In this document: piece by piece, positions 36,564-45,862 of the stretch
Position numbering within the stretch: the stretch's first letter is position 1
Layout: each line of letters begins with the position of its first letter
NCBI GenBank assembly: GCA_035285125.1
Contig: JAYKHR010000045.1
Location: 64,001-128,000 of the forward strand
Direction: 5' to 3'
Length of the DNA stretch: 64,000 nt
Origin: Candidatus Sericytochromatia bacterium
Lineage (GTDB): Bacteria; Cyanobacteriota; Sericytochromatia; S15B-MN24; JAQBPE01
Made by a program: the position numbers and the translations under genes
The notes under the pieces: generated by a model
Databases searched by the model: none
What the model was told of the DNA's origin: nothing
Seen by the model: the letters and a program-made list of their open reading frames with translations, nothing else

Positions 36564-37832
36564 CTAAAAGTTGGCGTAAGGCTCCGCGTCGCCCGGCACC
36601 TCGGACGAGCCCCCCGCTGCCAGCACCCACGTGTCTCGGGCCAGCGGACGATCAGGGGCCACCAGCCCCCGCAGCCAGCCCCCCCACCGCCAGTAGCGCG
36701 GCGCCCGCACGCGGGCGAGCGAGGGGGGCGCGATCGGCTCACCGCGCGTGATCGCCCGGAGCACCCCGTAGGCGGCCTTGCGCCCCCCGTCCCGTCGCAC
36801 CAGGCCGAAGTGATCCTCGATCGCCAGCAGGCCCCCGCCCCCCACGGGCCGGGGCGCATCGAACAGCTCGTAGACGTTGATCCATGGGGCCGGCCCCCCC
36901 CCGGCCTGCCCTGCCAGCAGCCCCGCCACCTGGGGCAGGGCGGCCGCGTACCAGGCCGCCATGGTGTCCTCACCCCGGGGCGCCGCCGGGAACCAGCGCC
37001 AGGGGCCCAGACGCGGCCCCGCCGGGGCGCTGGCGTAGCCGAGCTCCGCCACGGCCAGCCCCTTGCCGTGCCAGGGGCTGCCCGGCGTTCGCTGCCGTGC
37101 GAGGGCCTCCTCCAGGCAGGACCACTCCAGCGGGCCCGTTCCCGGGTGCCACGTGTCAGGGTAGTGATCGAGCGCGACGACGTCGATCGCGTCGCCCGCC
37201 TCGCGCAGCAGGCGCTCCGTGAACGGCAGCCAATCGAGCCAGCAGCCCACCGAGGGCAATGGTGGCAGCAGGTTTGCCAGGGGGTTGCAGGCGATCGGGG
37301 TCCCGGGGGGGAAGGCCGCCCGAACAGCGCGAAACAGGCCGACCAGGACCTCCCAAGGCACGCCCACTGGCACGCCGAGGCGGCCGACGCGGCGCATGTC
37401 GAAGAGCATCGCATCGCCCTTCAGCGCCGCCATGTAGTTGTTCGGCTCGTTCCACACCTGCACCACGGCGAGACCACCGCCCCAGGCGCGGGCGACGCGC
37501 CCCACCCAGGCCTCCCAGCCCGCGAGGAAGGCCACCGGCGACGCCTCCCACAGGCCGCGGGCCCACGGCGGTGGGTGGTAGAGCAGGCCATAGACCGCCA
37601 GGCCCCGGCTGGCCGCCTCGGCGAGGAAGCCCTCGTACCAGGCCCAGGCGGCCGCGTCGGCCTGGCCCCGGGCGGGCTCCAGCCACGCCCAGTCCACGTC
37701 GAGCCGCACGCCCCCGACGCCGAGCTCCTCCAGCGCGTCGAACGCCTCGGCCTGCCGCGCCCGCAGGCGCTCGGGCTCTCGGTCTGGACACAGGCGGGCG
37801 GGGTTCAGGTTGACGGACCAGGTGGGGCGCAT
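36564..37832 (-). CDS. clan GH-A glycoside hydrolase (family uncertain)
   Basis: VRLDVDWAWLEP, VWNEPN acid/base, DHYP, AELGY nucleophile, HFGL. Confidence 0.8.
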   Translation of the reverse strand: MRPTWSVNLNPARLCPDREPERLRARQAEAFDALEELGVGGVRLDVDWAWLEPARGQADAAAWAWYEGFLAEAASRGLAVYGLLYHPPPWARGLWEASPVAFLAGWEAWVGRVARAWGGGLAVVQVWNEPNNYMAALKGDAMLFDMRRVGRLGVPVGVPWEVLVGLFRAVRAAFPPGTPIACNPLANLLPPLPSVGCWLDWLPFTERLLREAGDAIDVVALDHYPDTWHPGTGPLEWSCLEEALARQRTPGSPWHGKGLAVAELGYASAPAGPRLGPWRWFPAAPRGEDTMAAWYAAALPQVAGLLAGQAGGGPAPWINVYELFDAPRPVGGGGLLAIEDHFGLVRRDGGRKAAYGVLRAITRGEPIAPPSLARVRAPRYWRWGGWLRGLVAPDRPLARDTWVLAAGGSSEVPGDAEPYANF

Positions 37833-37926
37833 GGGGCCTGCGTACCCCTCTTTCCGCCCGCCAACGCGGCTCGGGCAGGGGTCGCCGGTATCGCCCGCGC
37901 CCGCGCCACGTGCTAAGATCCCCGGC

Positions 37927-39432
37927 ATGCTGCGTCGCCTCGGCTCGATCGCCCTCCTCTCCCTTGCGCTCGCCCTGCCGCCGTTCGCGCCCGCCCACGG
38001 CCAGGCGATCGGTGCCCGGGCCCTCGGCGCAGCGTCCATCAGCCGCGACGGCGCGGCCCGCCTCGACGCGCTGATCCAGCGCCTGGCACCGCCCGAGGCC
38101 CACGTCGGCATCAGCGTGCTGCGGTACGCCACCGGCCAGGTCTACTACGAGCGGGAGGCCCACAAGCTCTTCACGCCAGCCTCCATCCACAAGCTGGCCA
38201 CGGCAGGCGCTGCCCTGTCCCGCCTGGGCATCGGCCGGCGCTTCCAGACCCGCGTGGTGACGGCGGCGTTGCTCGAGAACGGTGTGCTGCACGGAGACCT
38301 CGTGCTCAAGGGCGACGGCGACCCGATGCTGATGCCCGCCGACCTCGACCGGCTGGCCGCGCAGGTGGTGGCCGCCGGCGTGCGCGAGGTGGTGGGTGAT
38401 ATGGTGGGCGACGCCACCGTGTTCGCGCCAGAGGCCCGCGGCGCCGCGGGGTGGGCCATCGACGACGTCGGGCAGGCCTACGCGGCCACGGTGTCGGGCC
38501 TGGGGCTGAACCGGAACGCGCTGGTGGTGACTGTGTCGCCAGGCACGCGCGGCGGTGAGGCGCTGAAGGTCGAGCTCACGCCCGCTAGCCGCTACGTCCA
38601 GGTGCGCAACCGGGCGACCACGCTGGCGCCCGGCGAGCAGGGCACCTTGGGCATCGGGTTCGTGACCACGGGCACCCCATGGACCGAGACGCTGAGCCTG
38701 ACGGGGGGCCTGCCCCTGGGCACGGAGAGCCAGGTCAGCACCATGGCGATGACGGAGCCCGCCCGCTTCACCCTGATCGCGTTCAAGGAAGCCCTGGTGC
38801 GCCAGGGCGTGCGCTGGCGGGGCCAGGCGCGCCTGGGCCCGGCCCCGGCGTCTGCCCGGACGCTCGCGAGCCACGCGAGCCCGCCGCTGGCGGACATCAC
38901 GGGCGAGATGCTGCGCGAGAGCGACAACCTGATCGCCGAGACATTGCTGATGCATGTGGGGGCCAAGGGGCGCGGGGGCCCGGGGACCTGGGACAAGGGT
39001 GTGTCCGAGCTGCGCAGGTTCCTGGAGCAAGCGGGCTGGAAGGCCGACACCTTCCGCCTTGCGGACGGCTCCGGGCTCTCGCGGTACAACGCCGTGAGCC
39101 CCGCGCACGTGACCCGGCTCCTCCACCACATGCCGACGCAAGGTGCTGCCTACCCGGCCTTGCTGGTCGGGTTGCCCGTCTGCGGTGTGAGCGGCACGCT
39201 CAAGGGCCGCCTCGCGACGCCGGGCGTGCGGGGCAGGCTCCGCGCCAAGACCGGGACGATGAGCGGGGTTTCGAGCCTGGCGGGCTACCTGGACACCCGC
39301 GATGGCCAGACCCTCGTGCTTGCCATCGTCGCCAACGGCTTCGTCGGCTCACCCGGCAAGCTGCGCGCCCTGCAAGACGGCGTGGTGGAACTGCTCGCCA
39401 ACCCGGACAGCGGGCTGACGCCAAGCTCCTAG
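37927..39432 (+). CDS. dacB: D-Ala-D-Ala carboxypeptidase/endopeptidase PBP4
   Basis: PASIHK (SxxK), ESDN, DGSGLSR.N, AKTGT; signal peptide. Confidence 0.93.
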   Translation: MLRRLGSIALLSLALALPPFAPAHGQAIGARALGAASISRDGAARLDALIQRLAPPEAHVGISVLRYATGQVYYEREAHKLFTPASIHKLATAGAALSRLGIGRRFQTRVVTAALLENGVLHGDLVLKGDGDPMLMPADLDRLAAQVVAAGVREVVGDMVGDATVFAPEARGAAGWAIDDVGQAYAATVSGLGLNRNALVVTVSPGTRGGEALKVELTPASRYVQVRNRATTLAPGEQGTLGIGFVTTGTPWTETLSLTGGLPLGTESQVSTMAMTEPARFTLIAFKEALVRQGVRWRGQARLGPAPASARTLASHASPPLADITGEMLRESDNLIAETLLMHVGAKGRGGPGTWDKGVSELRRFLEQAGWKADTFRLADGSGLSRYNAVSPAHVTRLLHHMPTQGAAYPALLVGLPVCGVSGTLKGRLATPGVRGRLRAKTGTMSGVSSLAGYLDTRDGQTLVLAIVANGFVGSPGKLRALQDGVVELLANPDSGLTPSS

Positions 39433-40385
39433 CCGGTGCCGGCGAGGGCCGCCATCATCCCTTGCAGCCGGGGCGGCACCGCGGCGCCGTCCGCCATGGC
39501 CCCTTCTCCGCCGCGCTTCCAGCGGAAGGTGAAGCCGGCCGGCAGCAAATTGAGCTGCACGTGGCAGAGCGCGAGGGTCTGCCCGGGCGCTGCCGTCGGC
39601 AGGCTGGAGTGCGACATCCCGCTGCCGTCGAAGACCGTCACGGCCCCTCGCCCGACCACCTCGACCCCGCGGCCGGGGGAAACGACCAGCGCCGTCCCGA
39701 CGTCCACGCCCACGCCGAGCAGGCCGGGTGCCGTGGCGGCCATGGTCGCCAGGCGGCCGAGGCGCTGCTTCTCGCAGAAGTGGTGATCGACCATGAGGCG
39801 CTTGAACAGCCCGAGCCCCGGGGACAGCGAGACCAGCCCGGCGCGGGGGTGGACGTCGAGCGTGGAGCCCGCGTCATCATCGCCTTCCTCGGCAGGAGGC
39901 TCCCAGCAGCCGGGCCCGACGACTTGCGAGGCAAGCACGGCCGCGCCAGCCCCGACACCGGCCACGCAGGCGCCGCGCACGAAGGCCTCCTGGAAGGCGG
40001 CCTCGACGGGGGTGTCGGCGAGCAGGGCGACGAGTTGCAGCGGGTCGTGGCCGACGAGCACGAGGCCCGAGGATGCGGCCAGCCTGGCGAGGAGTTCGGG
40101 CGAGGCGGCAGCTTCGCGCCCCTTGAGCGTGTGGGCCTGGACATCCGTGACCCCCACGCCCCGCAGCAGCCGGCGCCACGTCAGGGCCCCCCGCAGCCCC
40201 GGGGGCAACTCGGGAGACAGCACGGTGATGCGGCCGTTGGCGCCGCCGGCGAAAAACGCCAAGCGCGCGAGCACGGCGGGCTCTGGCGCGGTCTTGCGCT
40301 CCTCGCCCCCGATGATGAACAGCCGGCCCTTGGCTTGGCCCAACCCTGGCTCCTCCGTCGCACCCGCCTCCGGGCGCCTCATCAT
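39429..40385 (-). CDS. cyanophycinase-like (peptidase S51) protein with degenerate active site
   Basis: LFIIGGEE, AGVGAGAAV (canonical GTSAGA), DHHF...RLGRL, GVGVDVGTA (canonical GIDEDTA). Confidence 0.8.
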   Translation of the reverse strand: MMRRPEAGATEEPGLGQAKGRLFIIGGEERKTAPEPAVLARLAFFAGGANGRITVLSPELPPGLRGALTWRRLLRGVGVTDVQAHTLKGREAAASPELLARLAASSGLVLVGHDPLQLVALLADTPVEAAFQEAFVRGACVAGVGAGAAVLASQVVGPGCWEPPAEEGDDDAGSTLDVHPRAGLVSLSPGLGLFKRLMVDHHFCEKQRLGRLATMAATAPGLLGVGVDVGTALVVSPGRGVEVVGRGAVTVFDGSGMSHSSLPTAAPGQTLALCHVQLNLLPAGFTFRWKRGGEGAMADGAAVPPRLQGMMAALAGTG

Positions 40386-41023
40386 ACCAGCGCGCCGCCG
40401 GGGTTTCCAGCTGAGATGCGGATCCTGCGCACCTTGCCAGGTGCCCTGCCAGCCACCCTCGCGGCCGGCCCCCGGCTGAGGGCCCCGAAGCGGTCCAGGG
40501 GCCAGACCCGCAGCACCGCGCGACCGATCAGGCAGGTGACGGGCACGGGGCCGAAGACGTGGCTGTCCGTGCTGTCACCGCGGTTGTCGCCCAGCACGAA
40601 CAGGGCATCCGGCGGCACAACCCCGCCCGGCATGCCGAGCGCCCCCCAGTCTGGCTCGGGGTAGCCGATCGGCGCGGCTCCCCAAGGTTCGGCGAGGGGG
40701 CTGCCGTTCACCCACAGGCGCTGGCCCCGGATCCGCAACCGCTCCCCGGGCAGCCCCACGACGCGCTTGACCAGGGCGGGCCCCAGGCCCGGCAGCGGCA
40801 CGGGGGGCCGACACACCACCACCTCCCCGCGGCGAGGCAGGCGCCAGCACGGCGTGAGCTTGTCGACCAGCAGCCTGTCCCCGACCTCGAGCGTGGGGCG
40901 CATCGAGCCAGAGGGGATGAAGCGCGCCTCCACCACCCACGCCCGGGCCAGGAAGGCCCCGAGGGCGAAGGTGGCGAAGATGACGCCGCACTCGGCCGCC
41001 AGGGAGCGCCCCCGGCTCAGCAC
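40382..41023 (-). CDS. lepB: signal peptidase I
   Basis: IPSGSMRPTL.VGDR, VKRVVGLPG, GDNR.DS.DSH.FG. Confidence 0.92.
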   Translation of the reverse strand: MLSRGRSLAAECGVIFATFALGAFLARAWVVEARFIPSGSMRPTLEVGDRLLVDKLTPCWRLPRRGEVVVCRPPVPLPGLGPALVKRVVGLPGERLRIRGQRLWVNGSPLAEPWGAAPIGYPEPDWGALGMPGGVVPPDALFVLGDNRGDSTDSHVFGPVPVTCLIGRAVLRVWPLDRFGALSRGPAARVAGRAPGKVRRIRISAGNPGGALV

Positions 41024-41041
41024 CGCGTCGCCAGCGCCGGC

Positions 41042-42649
41042 CTAATGGCCCATGGCGCGGAGCGTCTCATCGAGGACCGCCAGGTGCGCCTTGAAGCGGC
41101 TGCTCGTGGGTGCGGTGAGCCGCACGTCCTCCACCTCGTGCCGCGCCCGCGCGAGGTCGCGCGACTGCAGCACCCGCGAGAGGGTGGTGCCCAGCGACTT
41201 GCCGATCGTGACGTCGGGGTCCGCCGCGGCCTCGGCTGGCGGCAGCTGGTTGTTCTCCAGCACGAACTGGTGGTAGGAGGTGCCGAAATGCCCGGCGATG
41301 TCGGCGATCCGACGCCAGCCGAGGTTCGGGTTGGCCGCGATCGCAGCCGCGCCGTCGAGCCTCCCGCGACCAGGCAGAGGCTCCAGGACGCCGGCGGATT
41401 GCCCGACGCCGGTGGACACGAGAGAGAGTGGTTCGGGCTCCAGCGCCCCGGCCACCGAGGGCTGGCTGACGGACATCGTGGGTCCAGGCCCCATCGGAGC
41501 GGCCGGCAAGCCCGGCTGCGGCTGTGCGCCGTAGGTCTGGCCGGGCTGCGGCTGCGCGCTGTAGGTGATGCCCGGCTGCACCTGTCCTTGGAGCAGCTGT
41601 GCGGCGCTCGGGGCAGTCACGGTGACGGTGGAGGGCAGGGCCCCCTGGGCATAGGCAGGCAGGGTGGGGGCGTTGAGGGTCATGCTGGGCGTCACCACGC
41701 CCTGCGCCGCCCCCGGCACCGTCAACCCAGGCGCGGGCTGGGGCGCGGCCGCGGCGCCCGGCAGGAGCACAGGCGGCTGGGCCGACATCATCCCAGGCTG
41801 CGCGGCCGTGGCGGTCCGGAACCAGTCCGTGGCGCGGATCGGGCGACCGGCGAGGGCCTCCTCGACCAGGGGCCGGGAGGCGCCGTTGGCGGCATAGGAG
41901 GCCAGCACGAGGGGCGTCACGCCGAAGGCGCTTGCCACCCGCGGGTTGGCGCCGTGCTGGAGCAGCACCGCCGCGACGTCGGTGTGGCCCTGCTGGAGGG
42001 CCCACATCAGGGGCGTGTAGCCCCAGCGATCGACGACGTTGGGCTGGGCGTAACGCGTCACGAGGTACTCGACGACGGCGCGACGCCCGTGCTGGGCGGC
42101 CCACGTGAGGGGCGTGTAGCCCTCCCAGTCCCGGGCATTCAGGTCACCGCCGTGGGAGACCAGCGTCCGGACACGCTCCACGTCGCCCAGGGCCGCAGCG
42201 TGGGCCAGGTCACGGTTGAGCATCTGGTTCGAGTAGGGGTTGGTGGCGCTGTCGTAGACGGAGGACCGGTAGCGCGCGTTCGTCATCATCGGAGCCGCGG
42301 GGTTCCACCAGGCCACGTTCCAGGCCGACTGGTCCCAGGGCTGGTCACCCTGGATGCGGTAGGCCCAGTCCTGAGACATGGGGATGTAGCCCGAGGCCGG
42401 CGTGAAGCCCGTGTAGGCCTGCTGCGCGCGCGGGGCGTGGCCCTGCTGCCAGCCCTGCCAGCCCCAGCCCGAGCCCGCCGCGGGCAGCCAGGGCACGGGG
42501 CGCCGGGTTCGCGGGTAGCCCCACTCCGCGCCGGACTGATACTCGCGGTCCCAGACGTGCTCGTCAGGGTAATAGGCCGCCGCGGGTGCAGCCGTGCCGG
42601 CCAGCAGCAGGGGCAAGGTCAGGGCAATCTTGAGCGCAAGCGAGCGCAT
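41042..42649 (-). CDS. secreted ankyrin repeat protein
   Basis: Signal peptide; repeats GYTPLTWAA, GYTPLMWAL, GVTPLVLAS; Trp/Tyr-rich N-terminus and Pro/Gln linker. Confidence 0.85.
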   Translation of the reverse strand: MRSLALKIALTLPLLLAGTAAPAAAYYPDEHVWDREYQSGAEWGYPRTRRPVPWLPAAGSGWGWQGWQQGHAPRAQQAYTGFTPASGYIPMSQDWAYRIQGDQPWDQSAWNVAWWNPAAPMMTNARYRSSVYDSATNPYSNQMLNRDLAHAAALGDVERVRTLVSHGGDLNARDWEGYTPLTWAAQHGRRAVVEYLVTRYAQPNVVDRWGYTPLMWALQQGHTDVAAVLLQHGANPRVASAFGVTPLVLASYAANGASRPLVEEALAGRPIRATDWFRTATAAQPGMMSAQPPVLLPGAAAAPQPAPGLTVPGAAQGVVTPSMTLNAPTLPAYAQGALPSTVTVTAPSAAQLLQGQVQPGITYSAQPQPGQTYGAQPQPGLPAAPMGPGPTMSVSQPSVAGALEPEPLSLVSTGVGQSAGVLEPLPGRGRLDGAAAIAANPNLGWRRIADIAGHFGTSYHQFVLENNQLPPAEAAADPDVTIGKSLGTTLSRVLQSRDLARARHEVEDVRLTAPTSSRFKAHLAVLDETLRAMGH

Positions 42650-42796
42650 CGGGGGGCCTCCACGTTATGATAGAAAAAGGTCGTCTTTGCTTGAGTTTTA
42701 CCCTCCGAGGGGGGCAAGCTCACGGCCCAGATCACGGCGTCGGCGCCCGAGCCCCACGCACGCCGGAAGGCCTTGTCATGACCCCCACCAGGTGCT

Positions 42797-42834
42797 AATG
42801 TTCAAATATTCAAAGGTTTGAATGTTTGAACATT
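42797..42834. promoter_or_regulatory. 18-2-18 inverted repeat operator upstream of ArsR
   Basis: aatgttcaaatattcaaa-gg-tttgaatgtttgaacatt, one mismatch. Confidence 0.75.
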
Positions 42835-42851
42835 CGAACCAAGGAGGCCCT

Positions 42852-43217
42852 GTGCCCGCCCGTCACCTGGCAGCCAAGGAACTCGGAGCGCTCCTGAGCG
42901 TGCTGGCCCACCCGGCCCGCCTGCAAATTGTGGAGGAGCTCGGCCTGCGCGAGCTCGACGTCCGGGCCCTGGCGGACACGTTGGGCCTCTCCCAGCCGGG
43001 CGTCTCCCAGCACCTGGGCCTGCTGCGCGCCCACCGGCTCGTCAGCGAGCGGCGTGAAGGCCGCCGGGTGTTCTACCGGCTGCGGCGTCCCGAGCTCGCC
43101 GCCTGGCTGCTCGAGGGGCTGGGCTTCCTGGCAGAGCCCCTCGCGAGCGTCGAGGACCGCCGCCAGCTGATGAACGCGGCGCGCGCGACGTGGAGCGGCG
43201 AGGTGCGAGATGGCTGA
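42852..43217 (+). CDS. ArsR/SmtB family regulator (no Cys)
   Basis: AAGGAGG SD plus GTG; LAHPARLQIVEEL, VSQHLGLLR, EGRRVFYRL; close paralog of 13894..14259. Confidence 0.9.
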   Translation: MPARHLAAKELGALLSVLAHPARLQIVEELGLRELDVRALADTLGLSQPGVSQHLGLLRAHRLVSERREGRRVFYRLRRPELAAWLLEGLGFLAEPLASVEDRRQLMNAARATWSGEVRDG

Positions 43218-43527
43218 GCGCGCACGCTGGCTGCGGGCCCTCCTGCTCGCCTCCTTGATGCTGGTGCTCGTGGGGGCGACCAACCTGTCGCCGGCCGCGG
43301 GCCAGCGGCCGCACCCCGCAGCCGTCACGCTGTTGGCCGAAGAAGAGGCAGCCCCGGTGCTGCGCGACACGCTGGCGCTCCGAGTCGTGGCGCGCAAGCG
43401 CGCGGCGGACCCGCTGAGGCCCGTGCGCCCGACCTGGCTGGCCCTGACCCACACGCCCCTCCGACCGGGCTGGGTCCCCCTGGCGTGGCGCACCCCCGGG
43501 GCCCGCGCGCCGCCTTGCCGGGCCTGA
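43210..43527 (+). CDS. putative secreted leader/ribosome-arrest peptide with C-terminal RAPP
   Basis: GAGGTG SD, overlap with arsR stop, signal-like N-terminus, RAPP three residues before the stop, directly upstream of carbonic anhydrase. Confidence 0.65.
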   Translation: MAERARWLRALLLASLMLVLVGATNLSPAAGQRPHPAAVTLLAEEEAAPVLRDTLALRVVARKRAADPLRPVRPTWLALTHTPLRPGWVPLAWRTPGARAPPCRA

Positions 43528-43591
43528 CGTCCCCAGCCCGACCACCCGGCCCGGCGCCCGTCACGGCGCGCCTAAGGAGGACCATCGACCT

Positions 43592-44263
43592 ATGGAAAAG
43601 CTCATCCGCGGCATCCACGCCTTCCAGACGGATTACTTCCGCGACCAGCGGGAGCTCTTCGCGCAACTCGCGCGGCACCAGGCGCCCGAGACGCTGTTCA
43701 TCACCTGCGCCGACTCGCGCATCGTCCCCAACTTGCTGACCCAGACTGAGCCAGGCGAGCTCTTCATCTTGCGGAACGCGGGGAACATCGTGCCGCCCCA
43801 CGGCGCTGCCCGGGGCGGCGAGGGCGCCACCGTCGAGTACGCCGTGGCGGTGCTCGGCGTGAAGGACATCATCGTGTGCGGCCACTCCCAGTGCGGCGCG
43901 ATGAAGGGCCTGCTCGACCCGCGCACCACCGAGAGCCTGCCGGCCGTCCACGAGTGGCTGGGGCACGCGGCTGCCACGCGGCGCATCCTGACCGAGAATT
44001 ACGCCGACGTGACGGACCCCGAGGCGCGCCTGACGGCCTGCATCAAGGAGAACGTGCTCGTGCAGCTCGAGAACCTGCGGACGCTGCCGGCTGTGGCCGC
44101 CCGCCTGGCGCGGGGCGACCTGCACCTGCACGGCTGGGTGTACGAGATCGAGACCGGGCAGGTCTTCGCATACGATCCGCACGACCGGGCCTTCCACCTC
44201 ATCACCGAGGCCACGGAACCTCGGTCCGAGGCTGAGCCCCGCTACGCGGGCCGCCAGATCTAG
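43592..44263 (+). CDS. cynT: beta-class carbonic anhydrase
   Basis: FITCADSR, RNAGNIVP, VCGHSQCGAM, LHGWVY; TAAGGAGG SD. Confidence 0.95.
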   Translation: MEKLIRGIHAFQTDYFRDQRELFAQLARHQAPETLFITCADSRIVPNLLTQTEPGELFILRNAGNIVPPHGAARGGEGATVEYAVAVLGVKDIIVCGHSQCGAMKGLLDPRTTESLPAVHEWLGHAAATRRILTENYADVTDPEARLTACIKENVLVQLENLRTLPAVAARLARGDLHLHGWVYEIETGQVFAYDPHDRAFHLITEATEPRSEAEPRYAGRQI

Positions 44264-44274
44264 GGGGCCTCGTC

Positions 44275-45855
44275 ATGCCAAACTCCCAGCCCCCTCCCGC
44301 CCCCGCGCGGGAGACCCTGCCACGTGACCTGATGGCGTCGCTCGTGGTGTTCCTTGTCGCCCTGCCGCTGTGCATGGGCGTCGCCATCGCCTCGGGCGTG
44401 CCGCCGGCCGCGGGCCTCTTGACGGGCATCATCGGCGGCATCGTGGTGGGCCTATTCGCGGGCAGCCCGCTGCAGGTCAGCGGCCCGGCGGCGGGCCTGA
44501 CGGTGCTCGTCTTCGAGCTCGTGCAGCGCCACGGCCTGCCGATGCTCGGCGTGATCGTGCTCGCCGCCGGCGTCGTCCAGGTGGCCGCCGGCACGCTGCG
44601 CCTCGGCAGGTGGTTCTCCGCCATCTCCCCCGCCGTGGTGCACGGCATGCTCGCGGGCATCGGCGCGCTGATCATCGCCGCCCAGGTCCACGTGATGGTC
44701 GATGACGCGCCGCGTGGCAGCGGCCTCGCGAACCTCCTCGCCCTCCCGGAGGCGCTGTGGAAAGGCGTGGCCCCGCTGGACGGCACGACGCACCACATCG
44801 CCGCCGCCGTGGGGCTCGCCACCATCGCCGTGATGCTGGCCTGGAGCTATGTTCCGGGCCCTCTGCGGGCCATCCCGCCCGCGCTGGTGGGCGTGGCCTC
44901 GGCGACGGCGGCGGCAGCCTGGCTGCACCTGCCCATCCGGTACGTCGACCTGCCCGACAGCCTGCTCGGCTCGCTGAAGCTGGTCGGCCTCGCGGACCTC
45001 GCCCGGCTGGCCGAGGGCCCCATCTTCGAAGCCGTGCTGGCGGTGGCCGTCATCGCCAGCGCCGAGAGCCTGCTGACGGCAGCCGCCGTCGACAAGATGC
45101 ACGGCGGCCCCCGGCACGACCCGGACCGCGAGTTGATGGCGCAAGGCCTTGGCAACGCGCTGTGCGGCATCGTGGGCGCGCTGCCGATGACGGGCGTGAT
45201 CGTGCGCTCGGCCGCGAACGTCCAGGCGGGCGCCGTGACGCGAGCTTCGACGATCTTCCACGGCACGTGGATCCTCGCCACGGTGGCCCTGCTGCCGTGG
45301 CTGCTGGAGCGCGTCCCCCTCACGGCGCTGGCGGCGCTGCTCGTCTACACGGGCTTCAAGCTGCTCGCGCCCGCCACCTTGATCCAGCTGCTCAAGGCGG
45401 GGCGCAGCGAGGCCGGCATCTACCTCCTGACGGCGGGCGCCATCGTGGCGACCAACCTGCTAAAGGACATCATCATCGGCATCATCGCTGCGCTGGTGCG
45501 CCAGCTGTCGGTGCTCTCCCACCTCGACATCGCCGTCGAGCACCGTCCCGAGGCGAACAGCGTGCGCCTCAAGCTGCGCGGGGCAGCCACGTTCCTTGCC
45601 CTCCCGGACCTCCAAAAGGCGCTCGCCAAGGTGCCGGCCGGTGCCGACGTCGTCATCGACGGCGGCGACCTGCGGCACATCGACCACGCCTGCCTGGAGT
45701 TCTTCGGCGGCTGGGAGCAGGGCCACGCCCCCACGGGCGGCACCGTCGAACTGGACTGGGATGGTTTGCGCGGCCTGCAGGCGAGCAGCCGCCCCAGCAC
45801 CGCGCGGGCGGCGGTGGGCGCCGGACACGGCGGCTCGGGACCGCTGGGGGTATGA
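44275..45855 (+). CDS. SulP/SLC26 family anion (probably bicarbonate) transporter
   Basis: DLMASLVVFLVALPLCMGVAIASG, QVSGPAAGL, LPMTGVIVRS..N, short STAS-like C-terminus. Confidence 0.93.
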   Translation: MPNSQPPPAPARETLPRDLMASLVVFLVALPLCMGVAIASGVPPAAGLLTGIIGGIVVGLFAGSPLQVSGPAAGLTVLVFELVQRHGLPMLGVIVLAAGVVQVAAGTLRLGRWFSAISPAVVHGMLAGIGALIIAAQVHVMVDDAPRGSGLANLLALPEALWKGVAPLDGTTHHIAAAVGLATIAVMLAWSYVPGPLRAIPPALVGVASATAAAAWLHLPIRYVDLPDSLLGSLKLVGLADLARLAEGPIFEAVLAVAVIASAESLLTAAAVDKMHGGPRHDPDRELMAQGLGNALCGIVGALPMTGVIVRSAANVQAGAVTRASTIFHGTWILATVALLPWLLERVPLTALAALLVYTGFKLLAPATLIQLLKAGRSEAGIYLLTAGAIVATNLLKDIIIGIIAALVRQLSVLSHLDIAVEHRPEANSVRLKLRGAATFLALPDLQKALAKVPAGADVVIDGGDLRHIDHACLEFFGGWEQGHAPTGGTVELDWDGLRGLQASSRPSTARAAVGAGHGGSGPLGV

Positions 45856-45862
45856 TGGGCGG

